Source: Azolla caroliniana
Lineage: Eukaryota > Plantae > Polypodiophyta
Reading direction: 5' to 3'
Length of the DNA stretch: 64,000 bases
NCBI GenBank assembly: GCA_043228905.1
Contig: JBHGNT010000001.1
Coordinates: 27,652,001 to 27,716,000 of the forward strand
Position numbers and translations under genes: made by a program
Notes under the pieces: generated by a model
What the model was told of the DNA's origin: nothing
Databases searched by the model: none
What the model saw: only the letters and a program-made list of their open reading frames with translations
Part shown: positions 44,794-55,828 of the stretch, in pieces
Numbering within the stretch: the first letter of the stretch is position 1
How the letters are laid out: each line of letters starts with the position of its first letter

Positions 44794-47700
44794 TTACACA
44801 GAGGCGTCGAACTTCCGGTACCATTGCCGGGGAGCCTGCTTCAGTCCGTAAAGACTCTTCTTCAACCGGCATACCAGGTGCTCCTTCCCTTTCTTCTCGA
44901 ATCCTTCCGGTTGCTGCATGTAGATCTCTTCTTCGAGGTCACCGTGAAGGAATGCCGTCTTCACGTCCATCTGTTCTACCTCGAGGTCCATGCTTGCCGC
45001 TATGCTCAGCACCGTCCGGATGGAGGTCATCTTCACTACCGGGGCAAATATCTCGTCGAAATCGACGCCCTTCTTTTGCTGGAACCCCTTCACCACGATC
45101 CTGGCTTTGTATCTCGGGGGGTTTCCGGCATCTCCCGGTTTCAGCTTGAACACCCACTTGTTTCGTAGTGCCCGCTTTCCTTTTGGCAATTCCACAAGTT
45201 CATATGTGTGGTTCTCATGCAGGGAATCCATCTCGTCCTGCATGGCACTCAACCACCTGCGGCTCTGGGTGTCATGCTTTGCTTCTTCAAAGCTCTCCGG
45301 CTCCCCCTCGTCGGTTAGCAGCACGTGCTCTGGTTCCGGAAATCTCCGGGGGGCCCTTCTCTCTCTTAGAGGATATCTCCGTTCCGGAGCTTCGGTAACC
45401 GGTTCTTCCGATTCTTCTTCATCCGAATCCATTTCGGGATCGGGGCCGGTTCCGGTATCATTTTCATCTTCTTCGGCCGGTTCTGTTTCTTCATAGTCTT
45501 CGGCCGGATCCTCGAGTGTTAACCGGTCCCTTGCCGGTCGGGACTGCTCCTCGTAGAGTTGATTCTCACCGGTCGACTTGGAGCTCTTCATCTTCTTCTC
45601 CGACTCCCAGTCGGCGAGTGTCTTGTCCTCCATGAAGATGATGTCTTGACTCCTGAATATCTTCTTGTCGACCGGGTCCCATACTCGGTAGCCAAACTCG
45701 TCGTCGCCGTACCCGAGGAATATGCATGGCCGGGTCTTTGGATCTAGCTTTCCTCTCCGGTCCTTTGCCACATGCACGTATGCGAGACACCCGAACACCT
45801 TCAGATGCCGGTAGGATACTTCCCTACCGGTCCACACTCTCTGCGGCGTGTCTCCGTCCAGAGGTACTGAGGGTGATCTGTTTATCACGTATGTCGCCGT
45901 CGACATTGCCTCAGCCCAAAACCCCTTGGGTAATTCCGCATGCGCCAGCATACTCCGGACCCTCTCCATTATGGTCCGGTTCATCCTCTCGGCCAACCCG
46001 TTCAGTTCCGGCGTCTTCGGCACAGTAAACTCGAGCCGGATTCCCTTCGAGCGACAGTACTCCGCGAACTGCCCCCGGTATTCCCCTCCGTTATCCGCTC
46101 GTATCGCTTTCAGCTTGTTGCCGGATTCTCTTTCCATTCTCGCGTGGAGTTCTTTGAAGACGGACAACACTTGGTCCTTTGTCTTCAACGGTGCCGTCCA
46201 CAGCTTCCGGCTGTGATCATCAATGAATGTCACGAAGTACTGGGCTCCGCCATGTGACTTCGTTTCTACCTGACACACATCAGTGTGTACCAACTCCAAT
46301 GGTACACTACGTCTCGTCGGTGGCCTTGAGTGGAAGGAGGTCCGGTTTTGCTTACCGGCCAGGCAGTCGGTGCACTTCTCCAGGTGCACATGCTTCACTG
46401 GAATAAGGTTGTCTTCTGCAAGCCTCTTCATCCCCTTCTCACTCATGTGGCACAGTCTTTTGTGCCACAGCTCACCGGCAGTATCGGCTGCCACATTCAG
46501 CTCTTCCGGACATAACCGGGCATTCATCAGGTACAGTGTGTTGACTTTCCGGGCCCGAGCCACTATCAGGCTCCCCTTGCTGAACTTCATTACGCCGTTC
46601 CGGATGCTACCTGTGTAGCCTTCATCGTCTAGCCTCCCGGCCGAGATCAGGTTCAATCGGACCTCCGGAACGTGTCGCACATCCTTCAGCAGCATCTTGC
46701 ATCCGGTTGATGTCATCAGCCACACGTCTCCTATGCCGGCAATCCGGCATGTGCCTTCATTTCCCATCCGGACACAGCCGTGCTCACCGGCTGTGTAGGA
46801 TGAGAAGTATTTCTTCTCCGGGGTCAGGTGGAACGACGCTCCGGAATCGACCACCCAGGTCATCTCTTCACCGGCAAGGTTCAGCTCCCACTCTTCGGTA
46901 ATGAGCATTATCTCTTCTTCACTTGCCGCGAGTGCCGTCGTTCCTTTCCGGTCCTGCCCTCGCCGATCCGGACCTCTCCGGTCCGTGGCTCCCCGGTATG
47001 CACCGTTTCTCTCCGGTGACTTCTTCGAATCGGTGTCGTCGGCTACGTTGTCCTTTCGGTAATGCCGACAATTCTTCCGGAAGTGCCCCGGCTTCCCACA
47101 GTGGAAGCACGTGGGCCTTCCTCTTGACTGCGACCGGGTCCCCGACTTCTCCCGTCTTTGCGGACTCCGGTTCCATTGTCTTCCCCGCTCCGATTCGGTA
47201 AGCAGCGCCTTCGAGTCGGAGGCCGGTTCTTTATCTCTCCGACGCGCTTCTTCGTTCAAAATACTTGTCTTTACCGTTTGTAGGGACAAGTTATCTTCTG
47301 TGCAGGAGGTGCTGAGTGTCACCACCAAGTTCTCCCAGCTTTCCGGCAATGTACACATCAGAATGATGGCTTGCATTGCATCCTCCAACGGGAACTTGAT
47401 CGCCGCAAGCTGGTTCACGAATCCCATGAACGTGCTCACGTGTTCCACCATATTCTCGCCGTCCCGGTACTTGAGGTTCACTATCTTCCTCATCAGGGAG
47501 GTCCGGTTCAATGCATTCTTCCTCTCGTAGAGGCCCGACAGCTTCTTCCACATCTCATATGCGTTGGTGTCGTTCGCCACATGTTGCAGAACACTTACAT
47601 CTACATATTGCTGGATCGTCGCTACGGCTTTCCGGTTCAGGAGCTTCCACTCCGACTCTATTACCCCCTTGGGTATCTCGGCATTGTCGATCGGTTCGTA

Positions 47701-47805
47701 CAGGTCTCGGACGATGAGGAGGTCTTCCATCTTTATCTTCCAGTCGACGTAGTTCTGTGAGTTCAACACCATCATGCCCGGAGGCCCACTACCGCCGCCT
47801 TCCAT
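44794..47805 (-). CDS. gag-pol: Copia gag-PR-INT-partial RT polyprotein, truncated before YVDD
   Basis: 1003-aa ORF with CFHCGKPGHFRKNC, VVDSGAS and the integrase core; ends at QAPRQWYRKFD. Confidence 0.9.
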   Translation of the reverse strand: MEGGGSGPPGMMVLNSQNYVDWKIKMEDLLIVRDLYEPIDNAEIPKGVIESEWKLLNRKAVATIQQYVDVSVLQHVANDTNAYEMWKKLSGLYERKNALNRTSLMRKIVNLKYRDGENMVEHVSTFMGFVNQLAAIKFPLEDAMQAIILMCTLPESWENLVVTLSTSCTEDNLSLQTVKTSILNEEARRRDKEPASDSKALLTESERGRQWNRSPQRREKSGTRSQSRGRPTCFHCGKPGHFRKNCRHYRKDNVADDTDSKKSPERNGAYRGATDRRGPDRRGQDRKGTTALAASEEEIMLITEEWELNLAGEEMTWVVDSGASFHLTPEKKYFSSYTAGEHGCVRMGNEGTCRIAGIGDVWLMTSTGCKMLLKDVRHVPEVRLNLISAGRLDDEGYTGSIRNGVMKFSKGSLIVARARKVNTLYLMNARLCPEELNVAADTAGELWHKRLCHMSEKGMKRLAEDNLIPVKHVHLEKCTDCLAGKQNRTSFHSRPPTRRSVPLELVHTDVCQVETKSHGGAQYFVTFIDDHSRKLWTAPLKTKDQVLSVFKELHARMERESGNKLKAIRADNGGEYRGQFAEYCRSKGIRLEFTVPKTPELNGLAERMNRTIMERVRSMLAHAELPKGFWAEAMSTATYVINRSPSVPLDGDTPQRVWTGREVSYRHLKVFGCLAYVHVAKDRRGKLDPKTRPCIFLGYGDDEFGYRVWDPVDKKIFRSQDIIFMEDKTLADWESEKKMKSSKSTGENQLYEEQSRPARDRLTLEDPAEDYEETEPAEEDENDTGTGPDPEMDSDEEESEEPVTEAPERRYPLRERRAPRRFPEPEHVLLTDEGEPESFEEAKHDTQSRRWLSAMQDEMDSLHENHTYELVELPKGKRALRNKWVFKLKPGDAGNPPRYKARIVVKGFQQKKGVDFDEIFAPVVKMTSIRTVLSIAASMDLEVEQMDVKTAFLHGDLEEEIYMQQPEGFEKKGKEHLVCRLKKSLYGLKQAPRQWYRKFDASV

Positions 47806-48328
47806 TTTCTGTGTTACCGTGCTCTGATACCAGTTTGTAAGGATTTGACGCTATCAAATCCTTCGCCTCTCGGCCACAACCGAGACAACACGGATCAATG
47901 CAGCAGAAAATAATAAAAAACAAAGACACAGAGAGACGAATACACAGGGTATAACGTGGAAAACCCTAAACGGAAAAAAAACCACGGGAGTGCACGACTC
48001 CAACTATCACTATACACTGGAATATACAATGGCGAGCTGCAAGGCGACGACCTTGAGCTCGCTGTTCTCGCCACAGGCGGCTGTATTACACAGAGGCGTC
48101 GACCTCTTCGTTTCTCTCTCTCTCTCTCTCTCTCTCTCGCGGCTGCTCTCACTTCGCTCCCTCTAAGTGGAAAACAGAAAAAAAAGCAACAACAATAAAC
48201 TGTTTGCCCTAAGTCATATTTATACACATATGACTTTCGGGCTATTTACAAATATAGCCTCAAGGGCTCTTGGCAAACATATTCACAAATATGTCCCCGC
48301 ATCCGGATCTCCCTCCGGGTACATTCGT

Positions 48329-48512
48329 CATCCGGCTCCGTAACCGGGGTCTTTAGCATCCGGCTCCGTAGCCGGGGTATTCATCATCCGGCTCCGTAGC
48401 CGGGGTCTTCATCATCCGGCTCCGTAGCCGGGGTCTTCGTCATCCGGCTCCGTAGCCGGGGTCTTTATCATCCGGCTCCGTAGCCAGGGTCTTCGTCATC
48501 CGGCTCCGTAAC
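48329..48512. repeat. 28-bp tandem repeat (6 units plus a partial) in copia 2 U3
   Basis: CATCCGGCTCCGTA starts at 48329, 48357, 48385, 48413, 48441, 48469 and 48497. Confidence 0.92.
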
Positions 48513-50928
48513 CGCAACCGGGCTTGCCATCATTCATCTCCGGACATCCCATCCGGAGGGACCGAAATCCCAACAAGCTGTGGCAAGGGCTTCCTTCATC
48601 TTCTGAACAGACTCCATATGCTCGCCTCTCCACTCGAATTTTCGCCCCTTTTTCAGCAACCCGTATAACGGCTCCGCGACGTGAGCGTAATGCGGGATCC
48701 ATATGTGGTAGAACGCACATGCTCCCAAGAACCTCCGAACCTCCATGACTGAGCTACAGTCGTCCTTCATCGCGGAGATGGCTTCTACCTTAGCCGGAGA
48801 CGGTTTCCGGCCGTACGACCCGCATAGATGTCCGACGACCACGATCTCTGCTTGCCCGAAGGCCGATTTTCCCTCGAAGAAGGTGAGCCTCGCGCTCTCC
48901 AACCTCTACAACACCTTCTCGCAATCATCGATGTGCGTCGCCACGAATTTCCGGCATCCGTCTGGTCCGATCGTCTCGTCCCTTTCCTCCACCGTGAATC
49001 CCTTGATCGGGATGTCGTCCAAAAATGGCATGGTGATGTCTGGGATACAATCCCTCAGCACTTTGTTCATTGCGTTCACCATGTGAGCCATCGAGTAGTC
49101 CCGCCTTGCGGTAGGGTACACATCCGTACTAGGCCGAGAGGAGTTCGCATTGTCGTGATGTCTCTGCTCTCTACGACAAGCTGGAACTGATCGTACCCCG
49201 AGTAGAGATCACCGACCGAGTAAATCGACCTTCCGGCGAAGGTCCGATTCCCGCGTTTCGAATGGTCACGTTGTTAATCGGCTGCAGGTCTTGAATAAAG
49301 CGTAGCGTGCCGTCCTTCTTCGGCATGGTAAACCACCGATTCGAGTATGGGGCACTCGATGGTTCGAGGATTTCCATCTCGACCTTTTGCTTTAACAGCT
49401 CCATCAGCTTCGGGATGTGAGATCTGGGTACTGGAATCGGTTTGAGACTCCACGGCACATGCGGTATCGTGAATATCACCATCGGTTCCACGACTGTCGG
49501 GTCTACGCACCCGATCTCCTCCGGTGAGAATGCGAAAGCCTTCCCGTGCCTTCCAAGCATTCCCTGAAAACGGTCCTCTTCCGCCTGCAGTAGGAAGCCG
49601 CCCCCACCAATTTTGAGCTCGTGTAGCGTTATGTCGGTGAACGTGTGTCCTATGCGGGCCGAATTTCGTAAACTCGGGTCCGACGCACCCCCTTTTATTC
49701 GCAACTTGCTGCCCTTCGGCAAGGGAGCCGCGACTGGCCTCACCTTCCGGTCCACAGTCTTGTACCTCATGTCCACCCGGGCCGTCCGATCCGACTCGAG
49801 TCCTCTACTGAAGTCCGCGATGACTTCGTACATCTTTTCTGAACATACCGGAATCGTCCGGTCCTCTTTAAGGACTCCTCCGACTACCTCCCGCAGCTCC
49901 CCCAAGGTATCGACGAAAGAGACCGCCTCCACGGCTCCGTTGATTCCTTCTCCGAGGTTGAGGACGCCACATGCCCGAAGTCGCTCCTCTGCCCTTCTCT
50001 TCTTCCAGCCAACAACGTCGACTATCGTACACCCTCCGTTGTCGGAGAACCAAAATTCCCTACTTATAGCACGGGTCTTCTTCGCTATCATACACTTGTG
50101 GGGTTTTCCCAGAGTGTCCGGACTATCGCAGCCCCACGCCTTGATAGCCCTCTCTAAAAATCTTCCCGGCTTTCGCCCCTGAGGGTCTCGCGGTTCCTCT
50201 CATGGTTCGGTCTCACCATTAGGAACTGGACCGAGTGACGCCCATCCTGGCTCTTGACCCTTGCATAGGCCGAGCCGTTGTCCAGCACCTTGGTCTCCAT
50301 CCGTGCTGTCGTAATGTACGGTTCTCCTAGTATAACCGGATGTGAGGACGTCTCCTGCACGAAGAAGTGCTGGTCAATCTCGACATCGCCGATCTTTACT
50401 CGTACGTTCGGGCAGGCTCCATGCAGTTCTTCGGTGGCACGCGTCGCCGCCCGTATTATCCACCCGTGCTTGGTGTTGATCAGCCATTTTTCCTTCTTAT
50501 AGAAGTCCATGGACATCAAATTGATTTCTGAACCATGGTCCACCAACGCCACCACCGGTTCATGAACATCTCCAATCTTCACGGGGGTCTCCGTGGTCGC
50601 TCTAGCCCAGTGCGGCCTCGAATAGTGGCTCTCCGCCAACTCGTCTTCCAGCGCCATGTCCTCTATGTGCGTTGTCCGCACCTCCACCGACTTCTCCGGT
50701 TCTGTCTCCGTCGACAACCTCTTCCTCTTCACCAAGTCTACGATGGAGTCGTGGAACTCCTTCTTGGCGATCCCGAGCACTTCCCTCAGCGATAGTTCCA
50801 CCTTGTTGTCGAGGATTCGTTCTTCCATGACCTTTCGCAGGTCCGTGGATCTTTCGATTTCTGTGCCCAGCCGGTACCCGCCCTTCTTGGGATTATCCTG
50901 GGCGCCGGATGCACAGGCCTCATTCCGT

Positions 50929-51952
50929 TGTCGTGAAGATTTTCGGCAATAGTGTGAAAATCCCATAAAACGTACGAAATCGAGTATGAATCACATAGTA
51001 CAATAATTGTGAAGATAACATTTTAAATAAATTTAATATCTAAGTACAAAATGATGGAGGTTTCGAATGCACTTTATTACACGAGAAACGGAAACCTAAA
51101 TGTCAAGATATGAGGGTATAAAGTTTGTGAAAAGAAAAGAGAAAATTGTGAGATATCCCACATAGGCACGACAAATACGGCTCTCATCATATATAAGGTG
51201 GAGCAAAAGATATTATCTTTGTGTCTATGTGTGGAGCATAGAGAGTTCAAGGTAACTTGAACTAAGAGTGGAGGTGGGCTAGCTACTCGTAAAGGGTTTT
51301 GGCCAACCAAAACCGGACCGATGATGGAGCCGGTGATCCGGCGCCAGTGAGACACCGACATCCGACGGCAATCCGGCGACGGCATCCGGCGACACAACGG
51401 TAACCGGTGACATCCGATGAACCGGCGACTAGATAAATAAATATATAAATATATATACATATATACATGTACAAGGAGGGCAAGGAAGGATTCGAACCTT
51501 GCACCTCCAAGTTAGGAATCAATTGGCTTACCATTAAGCCATGCTATTTAGTTAAAATTATATTTCTATCATTGTACTTTTACATGTAAATTCTCATACA
51601 TGAGAGCTAAAATGGCAAACATGCAATTTATGTATGTCTTGTACCCTCACATGCATCATATGCATGAGAGCATCTATAAAAGAAGGAAGGGGGAGGAGAA
51701 AAAACACGGTTTTTTTTTGTTATGAAATTAAGAAGAAGAAATTCGTTATCAAATTGATGGTGTAACTTGTTTCTTAAATCCAAAGATAAAACTTCAATCA
51801 ATCTTTCTCAATCGTTTAATCTCAACTTCTCTCTTTCCCAATCTATCTTAAGTACTTTCTCGCCAAAGCTTGTATCGACTTTGAATCCTTCCGGTCCAGA
51901 ACCTCGGCGGTTCCGCCTCACGATCCGCGCGTAGTGACGGATCTTCACCACA
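50929..51952 (+). mobile_element. Solo LTR (1024 bp), family S1
   Basis: TSD CCGT at 50925-50928 and 51953-51956; TATA at 51675. Confidence 0.87.
51488..51541 (-). promoter_or_regulatory. tRNA-like Pol III A/B-box cassette (best preserved copy)
   Basis: Minus strand TGGCTTAATGG and GGTTCGAATCC; D-arm GCTT/AAGC and T-arm AAGG/CCTT can pair. Confidence 0.68.
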
Positions 51953-54015
51953 CCGTCTTTGCCCGAATCGAGTTTCATATCGCTGCGAGGGCCCGGCCCC
52001 TCCGGTTTTCCCTACTCACTTGTCCTCCACCAGAGCCTCGTAGTTTTGACAAGCGGCTTCGACGAAGCTCGTCTTTTCTTCCACCGGGTCACTCCACCTG
52101 GTTACCTCCTGAACCCGTTTTTCCGCGCGGTCCACCTCTTCTTTCCTCAGCCGTGCGCCGGCGAGCCCTTCTAGCATCGTCGGCCAGAACCCGACTTTGT
52201 TCGTCTTCGGGGCCTCGCCACCTCCGACCCGAATACCAGCTGACGCCGAGTAGTGGACGGTCTCTGCGTGACGAGCCGCCGCCTCCTCCATCAGCCTTTT
52301 CATACCCCCTCGCCCGACGTTCAGGTTCAGGGCCCTTCGGGTCTCGCTGGCGTGCACCCGACCGTTCCACAGGTACACCACGTTGCTTCTCATCGCCTCG
52401 ACGAAGTCCCCGCAGTCCTTCCGGATGTGCCCAACCGCATCACACCACATGCACCTGTTTTCAGCCAGAGGTCGTCGGTCACGGGCCTATTCGCCACCAT
52501 CCCTCCGTGCCTGGGCGATCTGGAGATCCTTTACCATCCGCGTAAGCTCCTCTAGAGCTGCTCCCCCGGACGAGCCATTGACCATACCGGTTGAAGCCGA
52601 CCCGGTCTCGAGCCAATCTCGGGTCTCTTCCCTTCGCGTTGGTGGTGTTGGCTCGAGCTTCTTTGCTGCGACAGAGCCCGCCCCTATCGATCCTTTGTCA
52701 GCCCATTCCCGCCGTTTGTCGAAACGGCCACAAACCCTTTTCACTACGGCCCAGTCGGCCGTCAGCCCGTCATCAGTCTCCAATAGGAGGCCTACCTGCT
52801 CTCGATCCCGCTCGTCAACCGACTTAACAAACAATAGGACACAGCTTGTGTCCAGAATAGTTCGGTCAAGCACCGAGAGGTGCGCGAAGCGTTCCTCAAA
52901 CTCCCGAAGGAGCACTGACGCGTTCCTTCCTTTGTCGGGGGTCTCCACCCACTCCATGAAGTCCCGCTTTGAAAGTCGAAGTGCATCTTCAAGCCCGTAT
53001 CTTTCGAGGAGCCGACCTTCGAACTCCTCCCAGGTCCGGCTCTCGGCCCGTACCTCACCACTCGAGGGAATCCGGCTAGACGCCTCTCTTCCGGAATGTC
53101 CCTCATTACCATCTCAGCCCGGTAGGACGCCAAGTAGCTCGTGGCATCCTTCCCACTAAACCGGCCGATCGTACCGACAACCGCCTCGATAGCCCTATCA
53201 AGGGCGTCGGTGCCTTCGCAAACACTCACTATACGGTCCACTGCCAAAGCCATGGCTTCTGCGAGGTCCGACCCCCTCATCTTCTACTCCTCTGCCGCCT
53301 GTTCACGTCGGGTTCACCAAAGATGTCGCGTTGTTACGTGCGTGCGTGGAGAACAAGGCGGGACCACTGGGGTCTTGGACCGAGGAATAGGTGAGGAAGC
53401 GAAAGGAGAGAGAGAGAGAGACACGCTCTCACACGTATAGACAAAGAAGCGCGCGGGAACGCAACCCACCAACACAAGAGACACAAGTTGAGCAGGAGAT
53501 AGGGTACAAGGACGCGTAAATAAATATATGTATGCATACGACTCGAACGGTTACAGCCGATTAGGTCGACGAGACGGGTGCCGACGCCTGATCACCCACG
53601 CACACAGGGGAGCAAGATGGAGATTTTGTCGGAAGCACACGGGCGTTCCACGGAGCAGAATCAGCCTTTCGAGAACCTGCACCAAGAAAGCTATGGAGAA
53701 CGACAGAGGAGAAGAGCTCGGTCCCAGTCCGACAACACTTCGTCCCCTCTAGCGCGCTATATCCCCTCTCTCCCTCGTCTCCCTCTCCTTTATAGCTCAA
53801 GGAGGGAGACCGTTTCACCCGTTTACATCACATTAATTCTCTGTCCTTTCAGACAGAGATACTCCTCGATTTACCTTACAGAATATTGCTACCTAGGATT
53901 TAACCTTTGCGCCTACCTATCTACTTTACGACAAGGGACGTGCCCACGTGTAAGGACTGGTTCACACACATTATACACGGTTTGCGCCTGGGGACGGTTT
54001 TCTTCACGACAGCGT

Positions 54016-55828
54016 GTTGCATGCCCGACTAATGTTGGATTGTGAATTCAAATTCCTGGAGTAGCATCATCCAACTGGCCAATTTCCCCGTTAATGCTTG
54101 GTGCTCGACTAAGTAGAGTAGTGCCACGTGGTCCACATGAAACGTGAATTTCCGCCCTAGTAAGTAATGTCGGAATTTGTTTATGTTGTAGATCATCCCC
54201 AGGGCTTCACGCTTAGTCATTGAATAATTCTGCTCTACATCTGATAATTTACGACTGGAGTAGTAGACCGGTCGGTACCAATTGGGCTCAGTAAGCTGCA
54301 TTAGCACGCTACCGATTGCAATTTCCAAGGCATCCACAAACACGTGGAATGATCTAGCCCAATCTGGGGACTGTACAATGGGCAGTTGGGTCAACATTAT
54401 TTTAAGAGCCTCTTACACCTTGTCTTCTATTGCCATCCATTTAAATGGAGTACGATGTACTACACCGTGTAGGGGAGTCGCGAAATCCGCAAAGTATCGT
54501 AACATACGGTTGTGCTAGCGTATTTGCATGAGGAAGTGACTAAGGGCTTTTGCGTTACCGGGAGTTTTTGCTTCAATGATCACCCGAATTTTGTTGGGAT
54601 CTACGCTATCCCCTCCTTACTCACTATGTGATCGAGAAGTGCTCCACTAGTGACCCCAAATGCGCATTTAGCCGAATTAAGGCTGAGACATGAGGTTCGG
54701 CATCGTTCCAAACAGAGCCGTAAATGGCCCAAATGTTCATCTCGCATCTCGTACACCGTGAAGTCGTCCAGAAAAACTTGCATAAAAGCAGGTATATATT
54801 CACCGAAAATCTCCGTAATCCTCCGTTGGAAGGTGGCGGGGGTCGTCTTCAGCCCGAACATCATTACTACAGCGACGAACACTCCCCAGTCCGTGACGAA
54901 CGCAGTCTTCTCTTGATCATCCGGGTGCATGCGTACTTGATTGTATCCACTAAAGCCATCCAAGAAACTATACATGTCATGGCCCGGAACTGCGTCTAGT
55001 ACGCTATCTGTAAACGGTAAGGGAAACACGCCTGTAATCGTAACGGCGTTCAATTTTCGGTAATCAACACACACACGTAATTTCCCATTTTTCTTTGGGA
55101 CCAGGACTATCGGACTCAACCATGTGGCCTGTTTGACTGGGCGGATGAACCCTGCTTTCAAGAGCTTGTCACTTTCTTCCTTTACGCGGGCCGCGTAATT
55201 TGGGTTCATGCGATAGCGTCACTACTACACCGGTTTCGTTCCATATTTCGGTAATGCTCGTCCTACCGGCCTTGGTCATTACGATGGTACTGTCGTTGCG
55301 GTTCCACACGGCGAACTGTCGGGGTGGGTCTGTTCAGGATATTATAATCGCATTGATACAACCCGTGAATGGCAAATAGGGGAATGTATCTGCATCTTAC
55401 AATCCACCGCAAAGTGCCCTGAGTTTAACCAGATTGTGCATTGAATTGCCTAGAGGAATCGATATTCCTCTTCTTGGGGCAACGCCTGCCAGAGCGATGT
55501 TAGGGACAGTCCTTCATCCTCGTCCTCTAATTCGAGCTGCAACGCCCGCTCGATAACTATATCCGCCCTTTACAATCTACGTGGTCAGCGTAGTCCTCAA
55601 GGGTCGCTATAAAGCTGCCAAAAATGTATCCTTGGCCTCTTCCTCTATTGGGGCTTGTGTGAGTTGACGTCGTAGACTCTGGAACCGCAGACTGAAATCC
55701 GCTACGGATTCCTTTGGAAGTTGCTTGATCATATAAAATTGACTGATAACTTCACGTTGTAGCACCCTTCGATGGAAGAACCACAAGAACCAAGATTGTA
55801 GTTGGTCGAATGTTGTGAATGTTGTTAG
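54016..55828 (-). pseudogene. RNase H, RT and gag remnants of element A2 (protease region not seen)
   Basis: LRVCVDYRKLN, YSFLDGFSGYNQ, VFLDDF and FHVFVDA motifs; degenerate knuckle QCTIxLNSGHFAVDC. Confidence 0.83.

Larger units (their letters stand above)
44544..48575 (-). mobile_element. Ty1/copia element 2 (same family as copia 1) with an internal deletion
   Basis: TSD AGCTG at 44539-44543 and 48576-48580; 5' LTR at 47836-48575; partial 3' LTR at 44544-44810 fused to RT; iMet PBS at 47821-47832. Confidence 0.95.
42658..50150 (-). pseudogene. pol: pol of element 34915-54011, split by copia 2
   Basis: RH-INT open at 42658-44538; RT fragments at 48581-50091 with frameshifts. Confidence 0.88.
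50154..53280 (-). pseudogene. gag: Gag-protease of element 34915-54011, split by a solo LTR and frameshifted
   Basis: MRGSDLAEAM start, CMWCDAVGHIRKDC knuckle, LVDHGSEIN protease. Confidence 0.87.
34915..54011 (-). mobile_element. Trp-primed gypsy element carrying three nested insertions
   Basis: 5' LTR at 53324-54011; 3' LTR split into 34915-35105 and 42089-42582; TSD GCGT at 34911-34914 and 54012-54015; PBS at 53302-53319; PPT at 42583-42595. Confidence 0.93.
24280..55828 (-). mobile_element. Old decayed Athila-like element, copy A2, fragmented by nested insertions
   Basis: Pieces: ORF3 (25418-25638, 27404-27536, 32928-33400), INT (33727-34910), RH/RT (54016-55260), gag knuckle (55380-55828); the frame QHAITDF is rejoined across the 34915-54011 insertion. 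Confidence 0.75.

Noticed and set aside
51480-51550. Functional tRNA genes at the A/B-box cassettes
   Set aside because: No proper acceptor or anticodon stems are present; they are reported only as tRNA-like promoter elements.
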